This document shows, one piece after another, positions 1-10,427 of a stretch of DNA of 64,000 nt. Position 1 is the first letter of the stretch; each line of letters opens with the position of its first letter. The position numbers and the translations under genes were made by a program. The notes under the pieces were generated by a model. It saw only the letters and a program-made list of their open reading frames with translations, did no database searches and was not told where the DNA came from. The DNA is from Macrostomum lignano. Taxonomy: Eukaryota. The stretch covers positions 248,001 to 312,000 of the forward strand of contig NIVC01001279.1 of the NCBI GenBank assembly GCA_002269645.1. Reading direction: 5' to 3'.

Positions 1-1
1 C

Positions 2-829
2 TCGGCCACTTCCACTTCCACTGGAGCGGCATCGAGCTATCGAACGAATCCTAGGCGTGTTGTTTCTATGCGACGGCAGGACCAGGAGCAGCACAAGCTT
101 CCGGAGCGTCATTCAGCCGGTGTCAGGTTTTCTGTACCCACAGCCATGGAGCCTTGCCAGAAGAAAGATTCTCTGGACCATCAACACAATGGCCATCAGA
201 CGTCGCCACCGCCGCTGCCGCCGAGAATGCGTCGAGCCGCCGTCCGCTTCAGAGCCGGCAGTTTCTCGCAGGGTCTGACTGACCTGCAGCTGCAACAGCA
301 GCAGCTGAATCAATCGTCGAGGCTTGAGATTGGCGTCTTACTGCGCGGCCCGCCGTCCAGTTTGAGTCGTCAGTCGTCCGAAGAGCTCGTGGTGACGAAT
401 CTTCGCCGAGTAGATAGTCGAGACCCGGTGTCGCAGCTGGAGTTCATGTGCCGCGCTATGCGACTCGACGACGCCGATCTCATGGAGGGGGCGGCCAGGC
501 GGGACCGCCTGGGACCGATGCCACCGCAACAGCAACAGCAGCATCAGCCGATTCGAAGGTGGAGCACCAGCAGCTATAAGCAATACTGGCGACAGACTCA
601 GAGACCGGACCGGATCCGAGACGATCAGGCCAGACGACGCCTGGTCTGCGGGCCGGCGACTGCAGCTGAACAGCAGCAGCAGCGCCAGCAGCAGCGGCAA
701 CTGCCAAACTTTATGGGCCGGGCGTCCGACGGCGACAGAGCGCGTCTTCAAGGTTGGTGGCGGGTGTCAAGGAAACGGTCGAGCATGCGGCCTCCAATCG
801 GTCAGCCGTCCGAGAAAGCGACCAGTTAA
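2..829 (+). CDS. 3' part of an uncharacterised Gln/Ser/Arg-rich disordered protein (copy 1, 5'-truncated by window edge)
   Basis: Matches the C-terminal part of the 610-aa ORF at 37246-39078. The one visible difference in the compared segment is synonymous (gtttctatg vs gtttccatg). Confidence 0.7.
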   Translation, partial: SATSTSTGAASSYRTNPRRVVSMRRQDQEQHKLPERHSAGVRFSVPTAMEPCQKKDSLDHQHNGHQTSPPPLPPRMRRAAVRFRAGSFSQGLTDLQLQQQQLNQSSRLEIGVLLRGPPSSLSRQSSEELVVTNLRRVDSRDPVSQLEFMCRAMRLDDADLMEGAARRDRLGPMPPQQQQQHQPIRRWSTSSYKQYWRQTQRPDRIRDDQARRRLVCGPATAAEQQQQRQQQRQLPNFMGRASDGDRARLQGWWRVSRKRSSMRPPIGQPSEKATS

Positions 830-2176
830 AGATGATCTTCATTTCTTACTATAGTTATCGTTCACAGTTGATCTTTCTGTCTTGCCTTTGTCCGCAGTTA
901 TTAGATGTCTTCATAGTTTATCATCTGCAAGCTATATTGCACTATTTTACGAGTAATTCAAGCGTTCATCAAAAATAATTTCAGCTGTCAGCGGTACTAC
1001 CTGTCAAAGGTATGAACTCAATCTCTAAGAAAGAAAACTCCTTGCTTGTATTTCTTTCTGCAGTTATCGGTCTTCCTTCACTCCTAACTATACATTATGT
1101 GGTGGTTTGGTTCTTTGTTTGACTTGCTGCCTTGACTTTTGGTTTGTTGCGTACAACATGGAGGCACTACTAATATAGAAATTTAACATCCAATGCATGA
1201 TAGCTTCACACCCAACAGCATGGAAACGAGAATGCCATTTGCGGTACTTTTTAGCATTTCAGCCACCGTTAGCAGCCGACTCAGCGGAGCAGTTTTGAAA
1301 CAGAAAACCGTTGACGGGACTGTTGCTATTTGATTTTAAGACTACTGGCTTGCTTTTAAACTTTAAAGGAAGGAACTTCAAGTTTAATACTTTGAAACGG
1401 TTTATAGGTCCACTAAAACAACAGTCCTTCTGTTTGCGCTTGAGATCAATAACCCCACTCCCCTGAGACCACAAACTAAATTTTACACAGCTTACCTACA
1501 CTAAAGTCACAATACTTGCACGTTGCCGGAGAAATGCGTTTGTTTTAAACAAAAAATAAACTCTGTTAGTGGGAATGCTGTTAAAAACCGTATAACCGCA
1601 TGGTGCTTGAGTTTTGCGTGAATGATGTCTACTCACAATACTCTACTCAAAGTATGAACGTTTAATTTGATTTACTTTTTCATTTTGATGCCTGCATAGG
1701 GCCAACTATTTTAAATATTTCGATTTTTATTGAGACATTTGTAGACGAAAGTCATTCCAAACTACGAAAAAGAAATATGTGACTTTGGGATAAGAAAAAA
1801 AGGCAACCATGGTTAGCATTTGGGAATATTGGAAATAAGGATCGATAACAAGACGTATTAAGTCTTTTGATTGAAATACTCAAGTATCTGCTCAAGAAAA
1901 AGAACTAAGAATTTAGTTTGTACTTCTTCTAATTTGCATCATACGTGATCAGGAAGTCACAAAAGTGAGTTAATCGATTTTTCTATGCCGAAATTTCCTT
2001 CACTGTTTTTAGTAAACTTTAGTCGTTTTTTTCTAAACAGTCCAGAATTTCTCATGTGTTACCACTTTATCTAAAAATAGAACAACGTTCAGCTTCACAG
2101 ATTTTGAAGCCGTCTAATCTTAAACCGACTCAACAGGGTCGCAACGACCTATCAGTACCAGTCAACCAAGCTGATT

Positions 2177-2479
2177 TTGTCCAACCTGGCTGATCAAGAA
2201 GACAACGAGGCCGAGTCAAAAAATGATAAATACTTGTCCAGTGCAAGCAAGACTACTCGTCGAGGTCGTCAACTTCAACAATACCGTCGCACTCGATGGC
2301 GCTGGCTGCCAACAGGATCGATTTCTGCGGACTTCCCCGACGTCCTTGAAGACGATGACTCAGCGTCGACTTCCGAGGCTGACGATGGAAGCGCGGAGTC
2401 TTGCGCCGACAAGAATGGCTGGTCCAGCTGCAGCGAAAGCTCCTCCTCGCAAGGTAGCGGATGCTCAGATGTTGCTTAA
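2177..2479 (+). CDS. Possible coding exon, acidic/Ser-rich (mirror ~35596-35907, minus)
   Basis: GC-rich open frame present in both arms. The 3' end differs by a 1-bp indel (gatgttgcttaa vs gatgtgcttaa), so the stop is not shared. No ATG start. Confidence 0.3.
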   Translation: MSNLADQEDNEAESKNDKYLSSASKTTRRGRQLQQYRRTRWRWLPTGSISADFPDVLEDDDSASTSEADDGSAESCADKNGWSSCSESSSSQGSGCSDVA

Positions 2480-2995
2480 AATAATGTACGAAATATTTTT
2501 TTCTGATAATTGCCTGTTGTGAAATTGGACTTTGAGCTCTGCCAGGATTCAAAGTAGCACTCAACCCGGAGTCAGTGAGAAGGCAAGCAGTCCTTCCCAT
2601 GTCACTGCCCCGGAGCAAACATGCGTACACAGACAAGTGCGCAGGCACACACTCACACAGCGTGTACAGCAGCAAAGACTTTCTCATCGATAGGCTGTTG
2701 CACTATCTCTTTCTCTGCGTGTACATGAGGAGTACGCAGTCATCATGGAAATGAATCGCACGACAAACCCAAAGCCATTTTCTGTGCAGGAGCTACCAAG
2801 ACGGTCGACCGTTTACCGCTAGGCTACTCAACCCCTAATAGAAGAGTGGAAAATGAGACTATTTCTTTCTTAATGTCGATCATGGCCTAACGTTGCCATA
2901 AGTTGCGTCATTTCCTATTGCTCCCCCCCGAAAAACTAAAATTGTATAATCGATAAAACAATGTTTGATTACATTCAAGCACAAATTTGAACACG

Positions 2996-3478
2996 ATGCC
3001 ATTCGCAGATACGCCGCAGCCGTTCCGCTTTCCCATAGTCAGCCGTCACAACAGGTCAGAAAGCACTGGAAACGAGCTGAACCGTGACGAAGTCCCGTCG
3101 TCGATGTCTTCCTTACTGCGCAAAGCCGCCTCAATGACTGACGTGGATCGCGGATGCCTCAGGCGCCACAGCAGCCACTTGGCAATGGTGCTCGCGCCGC
3201 CTGCAACTCGACGACACTTGCAACAACAACAACAACAGAAGCAGCAACCAAAACCACCACAACAACAGAAACAACAGCCTGCTCGATTTTGGAAGACTTT
3301 AGAAGTTCGATATGGCTCCGAGTCGGAGCTCAGCAAACTGCCGCAAGCCGCTGCTTTGCCTGCGCAGGCTACAAGCGCTGTTGGGACGCCTGCTCGTTGC
3401 AAGAGCTCCTATTTTGTGCATATCAGACCCAGCTGCAATTGGAGAAGCCAGCCCACTTTGCTAGAAGAAGCAGAGTAA
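2996..3478 (+). CDS. Probable coding exon, Gln-rich (MPFADTPQPF...LLEEAE*)
   Basis: Frame is open in both arms and the arm-to-arm length difference is a multiple of 3 in the poly-Q tract. Possible acceptor tcgcag at ~3008. The stop abuts (GACT)n. Confidence 0.5.
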   Translation: MPFADTPQPFRFPIVSRHNRSESTGNELNRDEVPSSMSSLLRKAASMTDVDRGCLRRHSSHLAMVLAPPATRRHLQQQQQQKQQPKPPQQQKQQPARFWKTLEVRYGSESELSKLPQAAALPAQATSAVGTPARCKSSYFVHIRPSCNWRSQPTLLEEAE

Positions 3479-3938
3479 CTGACTGACTGACTGACTGACT
3501 GACTGACTGACTGACTGACTGACTGACTGACTGACTAACTGACTGACTGACTGACTGACTGACTGACTGACTGACTGACTGACTGACTGACTGACTGACT
3601 GACTGACTGACTGACTGACTGACTGACTGACTGACTGACTGACTGACTGACTGACTGACTGACTGACTGACTGACTGACTGACTGACTGACTGACTGACT
3701 GACTGACTGACTGACTGACTGACTGACTGACTGACTGACTGACTGACTGACTGACTGACTGACTGACTGACTGACTGACTGACTGACTGACTGACTGACT
3801 GACTGACTGACTGACTGACTGACTGACTGACTGACTGACCTGACTGACTGACTGACTGACTGACTGACTGACTGACTGACCTGACTGACTGACTGACTGA
3901 CTGACTGACTGACTGACTGACTGACTGACTGACTGACA
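3478..3938 (+). repeat. (GACT)n microsatellite, ~115 units
   Basis: Direct reading, with a few interruptions (gacct, gactaact). Confidence 0.98.
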
Positions 3939-4569
3939 CTCGTTCACTAACTAAACTCTAAAGTTTTAGAGTTTCACATTCGCTGTCGCAAATTTTCGCA
4001 AATCCACAATTCAATAAAACGCACTTGAAATTATTCCATTCAATAATCGCGATACTTTGGAGTGAGTGTTTTTAACCGCATATGGCAGTGCGTTTAGCAA
4101 TATTTTTGTTACGATTTACGAGAAGCTACATCATCATGCCTTCGAGGAATATGCTTGTAAAATCCTAAGAGCCGAAGCTGGTCCATGGAGAATAATTGGC
4201 CCGGAGAATTGGTTGTCAACGTGAAAACGAAAAGTGACGGGGCGTAGCCTAGTCGTCTAGCGCGGCTCTCTTGTGTCCAGCGACCCAGGCTCGATTCCAA
4301 GTGCAGTCACATTAATGAGCAAAAGCCCGAATCCAGCGATGGGGTCACAGGCCCCCGTGATTTCGATATCGCCAATGAGACCAAGAGCCGCTGTTATGAC
4401 TGCAAGTACCAGTCGGTTCAGGCTTCCTGGGCTTTAAACCCCCCGTCTCGATCTAGCAGCAGATTCTATAGACGAGTTTGACGCATGACAAGCGACCATC
4501 GAGGCCTATTTGGAGGCAATGGGCGCCCACAATCAACCAGGAACTTTTTGTTGGCGTGTTCGCAGAAAT

Positions 4570-5690
4570 CTGCTTATATGCGCTGAAAACAATGTTCTGG
4601 TGGATTTAATGTGCTCATGGGCTCCTTAACTTGGGATGGGAGGTGTTCCTGGAACGACTTACATTGTCTTATAGCGCTCTCAATGTCTCGGTCGAGGCCT
4701 GGCCAGTGCAAGGCCTCTGTTTTGTCTTGGTAAGCCTCGGTGTGTAAGAACCTGCTTTCACATGGCTCATGGAACGCTGCATCAACTTCCGCAGCAGAGG
4801 ATGATCCCGTCTCCGACGGTAATCTCTTCACGCACAATCCAGAATGGGCGCACATTGTTGGGCATATTGGTCTTGTCGTTCGGAAATCCGTCTGTATTGT
4901 GCTGCTTTAGGTCCTGCAGATCCTGAACAACAGTCGTGCTTTCTTGCACTCAACGCAAGCTAGGGTCCAGTTTTGCACTTGGTAGCATCAAGGGTCGGCT
5001 GGATCGGGAGTGATTCTCAGGGGTCAGTTGGATCGGGAGTGATTCTTAAGGGTCGGTTGGATCGGGAGTGATTCTTAAGGGTCGGGTGGATCAGGAGTGA
5101 TTTTCTTGGTAGCATGAGTTGGTGTGACAGGTGAAAGTCTGCTGATTCTGCTAGCTCGTCCTGTTGAGTCGGGTAGTCTACAGGTGCATTATCCTTGCCT
5201 TTAACCCATCTTGCATAGCGTTCCAGTTTAGCTCTCAAGCGCTGGATTCTGGGGATCTCGATCAGGTCCAGCTGGTAGCTGTTCAGAATCGGAACTAGGG
5301 GCTTGTGGTCAGTAACGATGTCGAACTCAGACAGACCTTCTAGGAAAAGCCTACACTTCTGTGTCGCCCAGACCACGGCCAACAATTCTAGCTTAATCAT
5401 TGCGGATCTAAATTCGGTACCAGTAGAGATGAACCTGGATCCCGCCTTGTCGTAGGCTAGGGTAGACGTGTTTGCGAGGTGGCTGCGGGCCTTTTCAAAA
5501 GCGTCTTGCCGTTCTTGTCCCCACTGAAACATATTCTTTTTTTTTATAGCAGCGGTCCTAGCGGGCCTGTTACCTCCACAACTTCTGGAGTAAATTTTCC
5601 AACTTGGTTAACAAGACCAAAGAATGCTCGAAGATTCGTTATATTTTTAGGCTTTGAAAATTCTGTGAGTGAAAATTTTGGAAATAGCAA
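4570..5690 (-). mobile_element. Degenerate Ty3/Gypsy pol remnant (RT C-terminus, RNase H, integrase Zn-finger region)
   Basis: Translations: KPKNITNLRAFFGLVNQVGKF (RT), FQWGQERQDAFEKAR...ELLAVVWATQKCRLFLEG...VTDHKPLVPIL (RNase H), RPFWNVREEITVGDGIIL and HWPGLDRDIE...QCKSFQEHLPSQ (integrase N-terminus). Frameshifts and deletions present. Confidence 0.9.
4989..5104 (+). repeat. 29-bp minisatellite (ggatcgggagtgattctcaagggtcggtt), ~4 units, inside Gypsy pol (mirror ~33095-33245, 5 units)
   Basis: Direct reading. Flanked on both sides by cttggtagcat. Confidence 0.92.
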
Positions 5691-5840
5691 AAATCAATGG
5701 TCCGTGAATCCCCCATTGAATGGTCCGTGAATGGCCATTGATCTTTGATGAGAAGCTGGAAATCATCTTTGTTTGAAAATTTGTCTATGGCCCGTCCTAA
5801 ATAATTCGACTTTCTAGCGATTGAGTTTTTTCTTTCATGC

Positions 5841-7273
5841 ATGATCACTTCTACAAATGTAAATATAAACTTAGCACTGGACCTTGGCTTTTTAAAATTG
5901 CTGGCATATTTTAACACCATCATGCGCAGTGTCTATGTAATAAACCAAGCGGTATCGCCCCCAATCTTGAGCCCGTCGAAAAAGGATTACTTTATCCATG
6001 GCCTGGGTCGAATTTCTAGTCCAAAAATGTCATTTCTAGCCGAAAACTATGAATATTACGTGTATTCTCAGTTTCTTAACTGCGACAACAATAATCAGTG
6101 CGACGAATCAAGAGACAAGGACAGCGTCGACGAAAATGTCAGCAATCAACCTGCTGCATCTCCTACAGCTGTCGATAAACTGGTGGAGCAGCAAGAACTT
6201 GAACGAAGGTCGACTCTGTTAAATCAACTAGCGGAAGAGCAGGTGCACCATGATCAGAAGTCCGAGGACAAGAGGTACACCGATGTCCACGAAAACAGCA
6301 TCGATGTGCAGAAAGTGTTTAATGACGACCCGTCACTGCATCAGGATATCATCAACTATCTAGGAAGCCGGCCGATGAAGGAGAAAATTATCATGTCTAA
6401 ATCTCGATTGGTGCCTCCCTGGGAGGTGCAGTTTTTTACTATTCTGTCTTTCTGGTTAATTAACTGCGGAATTTGCTGCATTGTGTGCGCCATTGTTGGC
6501 GTGACAACCACACGTAAGTGTAACGGCTTAGTCGCTTTGATTGGCAGAGATTTTTGCTGAGCTACTCGTAACGATGATAACCGGGCCACTCCGAATCGTC
6601 ACTTTACCCCTCGGAATGGTCACTCTACCACTCAGAATGGTCACTCTACCACTCAGAATAGTCACTTTACCCCCTCGGAATGGTCACTCTACTACTCAGA
6701 ATGGTCACTCTACCACTCAGAATGGTCACTTTACCCCCTCGGAATGGTCACTCTACCACTCAGAATGGTCACTCTACCACTCAGAATGGTCACTCTACCA
6801 CTCAGAATGGTCACTTTACCCACTCAGAATGGTCACTCTACCACTCAGAATGGTCACTTTACCCCCTCGGAATGGTCACTCTACCACTCAGAATGGTCAC
6901 TCTACCACTCAGAATGGTCACTCTACCACTCAGAATGGTCACTTTACCACTCAGAATGATCACTTCACCACACAGAATGGTAAAGTACTCACTTTACGAG
7001 TTCCTGAGGGTCCCCTTACTTCCTCTTCCTCTTCCTATTGTGCTCACATCACAATATATTAGATTTCTGAACTTGAACGCCTCAAACTTGGCTGCAGGGT
7101 TCGAGTTCACAAAGGAACTGAAGCTCGGTGAAAATAGCAGCACAAAGGTGTCGTTGGCTGTCATCTGGTTCATCGGGTTCGTCCTAATAGTGCTCAACTT
7201 CATCATTACCAGCTCCTTTCTGCTCATCTACAGCTGCTCATCGAAAAAGGATGAACAAGAGAAATTTGATTAA
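5841..7273 (+). pseudogene. Frame-disrupted gene or pseudogene for an unknown membrane protein (mirror 30805-32364, minus)
   Basis: Hydrophobic segments FFTILSFWLINCGICCIVCAIVGV and VSLAVIWFIGFVLIVLNFIITSSFLLIYSC. There is a frame change near 6545 in both arms and a 21/22-bp VNTR between the segments. Family not recognised. Confidence 0.35.
6592..6985 (+). repeat. 21/22-bp VNTR (cactctaccactcagaatggt / cactttaccccctcggaatggt), ~18 units (mirror ~31090-31612, ~25 units)
   Basis: Direct reading. The first unit resembles the flanking unique sequence cgaatcgtcactttacccc. Confidence 0.95.
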
Positions 7274-7544
7274 AGAGGCTTGTACTCTGTTTTTAGATTA
7301 GTTCATTGATTCATTCTGGCTGTTTGTTGTGCAAGTTCAAAATAAAAAGTCTGTCGATTTTCGCGTCATTGTCGCTCCCATTGTTTCTACTGGAACGGAA
7401 AACCTAAACGTAAACTGAGAGGCATCGGTTGAGCCGTTTTTGCTCAACCGATCACATATCCACAAACCTACCTACCGACAGACCATTTTTAGTATATAGG
7501 ATTGTAAATGGTTCACCGAGGTATCAGAAGGAGTGCAATGGAAA

Positions 7545-7920
7545 CGGGGATCGGGAGTGATTCTTTGGGGTCGGTTGGATTGGGAGTGATTCTCAGAGGC
7601 TGGTTGGATCGGGAGTGATTCTTAAAGGTCGGTTGGATCGGGAGTGATTCTCAGGGGCTGGTTAGATCGGGAGTGATTCTCAGAGGCTGGTTGGATCGGG
7701 AGTGATTCTCAAGGGTCAGTTGGATCGGGAGTGATTCTCAGAGGCTGGTTGGATCGGGAGTGATTCTTAAAGGTCGGTTGGATCGGGAGTGATTCTCAGG
7801 GGCTGGTTAGATCGGGAGTGATTCTCAAAGGCTCGTTGGATCGGGAGTGATTTTCAAGGGTCGGTTGGATCGGGAGTGATTCTCAGAGGCTGTTTAGATC
7901 GGGAGTGATTCTCAAGGGTT
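7545..7920 (+). repeat. 29-bp minisatellite, same family, ~13 units (mirror ~30305-30530, ~8 units)
   Basis: Direct reading. Decayed units continue to ~7995. Confidence 0.93.
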
Positions 7921-8294
7921 GGTAAATCTGAAATTATTCTTAGGAATTGGTAGATTAGGTGTGATTCTCAGCGGCAGGCCTATGAGAGGTGATTATCATT
8001 GAGGATAATGAAGAACGATGGGTATGGTGGGGTGGACGCAAATTGATTTTCTTTGGAATTCTAAAATCAGTTGAATTTAGCTGAGGCATTGCATGGCTTC
8101 GTAGTGACGTTGAAAATCTATTTTGAGCAGTTCAGCAAAGAATAAACGCAGAAAAACAGTTTAAGTTGATGCGTTCTAAATTTAGAATTTAAAAATCAAA
8201 AAAACAATGGAAGCTTTGGCTTAGCATATTTGAGATGCATTTCAATAAAAATACATTGAATGAACGTTTTTGGCTCCTGTCCATTATTCTTGCA

Positions 8295-10427
8295 GTCATT
8301 CCTGCACGGCTTTCGCTTTCGACCATAGATGTACATGTAGTCATTCCTGCACGGCTTTCTCTTTTGACCATAGATGTACATGTAGTCATTCCTGCACGGT
8401 TTTCTCTTTCAACCATAGATGTACATGTAGTCATTCCTGCACGGCTTTCTCTTTCAACCATAGATGTACATGTAGTCATTCCTGCACGGCTTTCTCTTTC
8501 AACCATAGATGTACATGTAGTCATTCCTGCACGGCTTTCTCTTTTGACCATAGATGTACATGTAGTCATTCCTGCACGGTTTTCTCTTTCAACCATAGAT
8601 CTACATGTAGTCATTCCTGCACGGTTTTCTCTTTCAACCATAGATGTACATGTAGTCATTCCTGCACGGCTTTATTCTTCAACCATAGATGTACATGTAG
8701 TCATTCCTGCACGGTTTTCTCTTTCAACCATAGATGTACATGTAGTCATTCCTGCACGGTTTTCTCTTTTGACCATAGATCTACATGTAGTCATTCCTGC
8801 ACGGTTTTCTCTTTCAACCATAGATGTACATGTAGTCATTCCTGCACGGTTTTCGCTTTCGACCATAGATGTACATGTAGTCATTCCTGCACGGTTTTCT
8901 CTTTCAACCATAGATCTACATGTAGTCATTCCTGCACGGTTTTCTCTTTCAACCATAGATCTACATGTAGTCATTCCTGCACGGTTTTCTCTTTCAACCA
9001 TAGATGTACATGTAGTCATTCCTGCACGGTTTTCTCTTTTGACCATAGATGTACATGTAGTCATTCCTGCACGGCTTTCTCTTTCAACCATAGATGTACA
9101 TGTAGTCATTCCTGCACGGTTTTCTCTTTTGACCATAGATCTACATGTAGTCATTCCTGCACGGTTTTCTCTTTCAACCATAGATGTACATGTAGTCATT
9201 CCTGCACGGTTTTCTCTTTTGACCATAGATGTACATGTAGTCATTCCTGCACGGTTTTCTCTTTTGACCATAGATGTACATGTAGTCATTCCTGCACGGT
9301 TTTCTCTTTCAACCATAGATCTACATGTAGTCATTCCTGCACGGTTTTCTCTTTCAACCATAGATGTACATGTAGTCATTCCTGCACGGCTTTATTCTTC
9401 AACCATAGATGTACATGTAGTCATTCCTGCACGGCTTTATTCTTCAACCATAGATGTACATGTAGTCATTCCTGCACGGTTTTCTCTTTTGACCATAGAT
9501 GTACATGTAGTCATTCCTGCACGGTTTTCTCTTTCGACCATAGATGTACATGTAGTCATTCCTGCACGGTTTTCTCTTTCAACCATAGATGTACATGTAG
9601 TCATTCCTGCACGGTTTTCTCTTTTGACCATAGATCTACATGTAGTCATTCCTGCACGGTTTTCTCTTTCAACCATAGATGTACATGTAGTCATTCCTGC
9701 ACGGTTTTCGCTTTCGACCATAGATGTACATGTAGTCATTCCTGCACGGTTTTCTCTTTCAACCATAGATGTACATGTAGTCATTCCTGCACGGTTTTCT
9801 CTTTTGACCATAGATGTACATGTAGTCATTCCTGCACGGTTTTCTCTTTCAACCATAGATGTACATGTAGTCATTCCTGCACGGTTTTCTCTTTTGACCA
9901 TAGATCTACATGTAGTCATTCCTGCACGGTTTTCTCTTTCAACCATAGATGTACATGTAGTCATTCCTGCACGGTTTTCTCTTTTGACCATAGATGTACA
10001 TGTAGTCATTCCTGCACGGTTTTCTCTTTTGACCATAGATGTACATGTAGTCATTCCTGCACGGTTTTCTCTTTCAACCATAGATGTACATGTAGTCATT
10101 CCTGCACGGTTTGCTTTTTTGACCATAGATGTACATGTAGTCATTCCTGCACGGTTTTCTCTTTTGACCATAGATGTACATGTAGTCATTCCTGCACGGT
10201 TTTCTCTTTCAACCATAGATGTACATGTAGTCATTCCTGCACGGTTTTCTCTTTCAACCATAGATGTACATGTAGTCATTCCTGCACGGCTTTATTCTTC
10301 AACCATAGATGTACATGTAGTCATTCCTACACGGCTTTCGCTTTTGACCATAGATGTACATGTAGTCATTCCTGCACGGCTCTCGCTTTTGACCATAGAT
10401 GTACATGTAGTCATTCCTGCACGGCTT
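8295..10427 (+). repeat. 45-bp tandem satellite (gtcattcctgcacggttttctctttcaaccatagatgtacatgta), ~47 units
   Basis: Direct reading. 15-aa periodic translations in several frames. Confidence 0.98.

Noticed and set aside
3423-3947. SVSQ-repeat ORFs (also 34295-34687), CPVLS ORFs (41220-42477), and LSLSP, RECQ and LVLKP ORFs
   Set aside because: Simple-repeat translations.
8295-10427. CRISPR-like array
   Set aside because: Units are head-to-tail with no unique spacers, there are no cas genes, and the context is eukaryotic.
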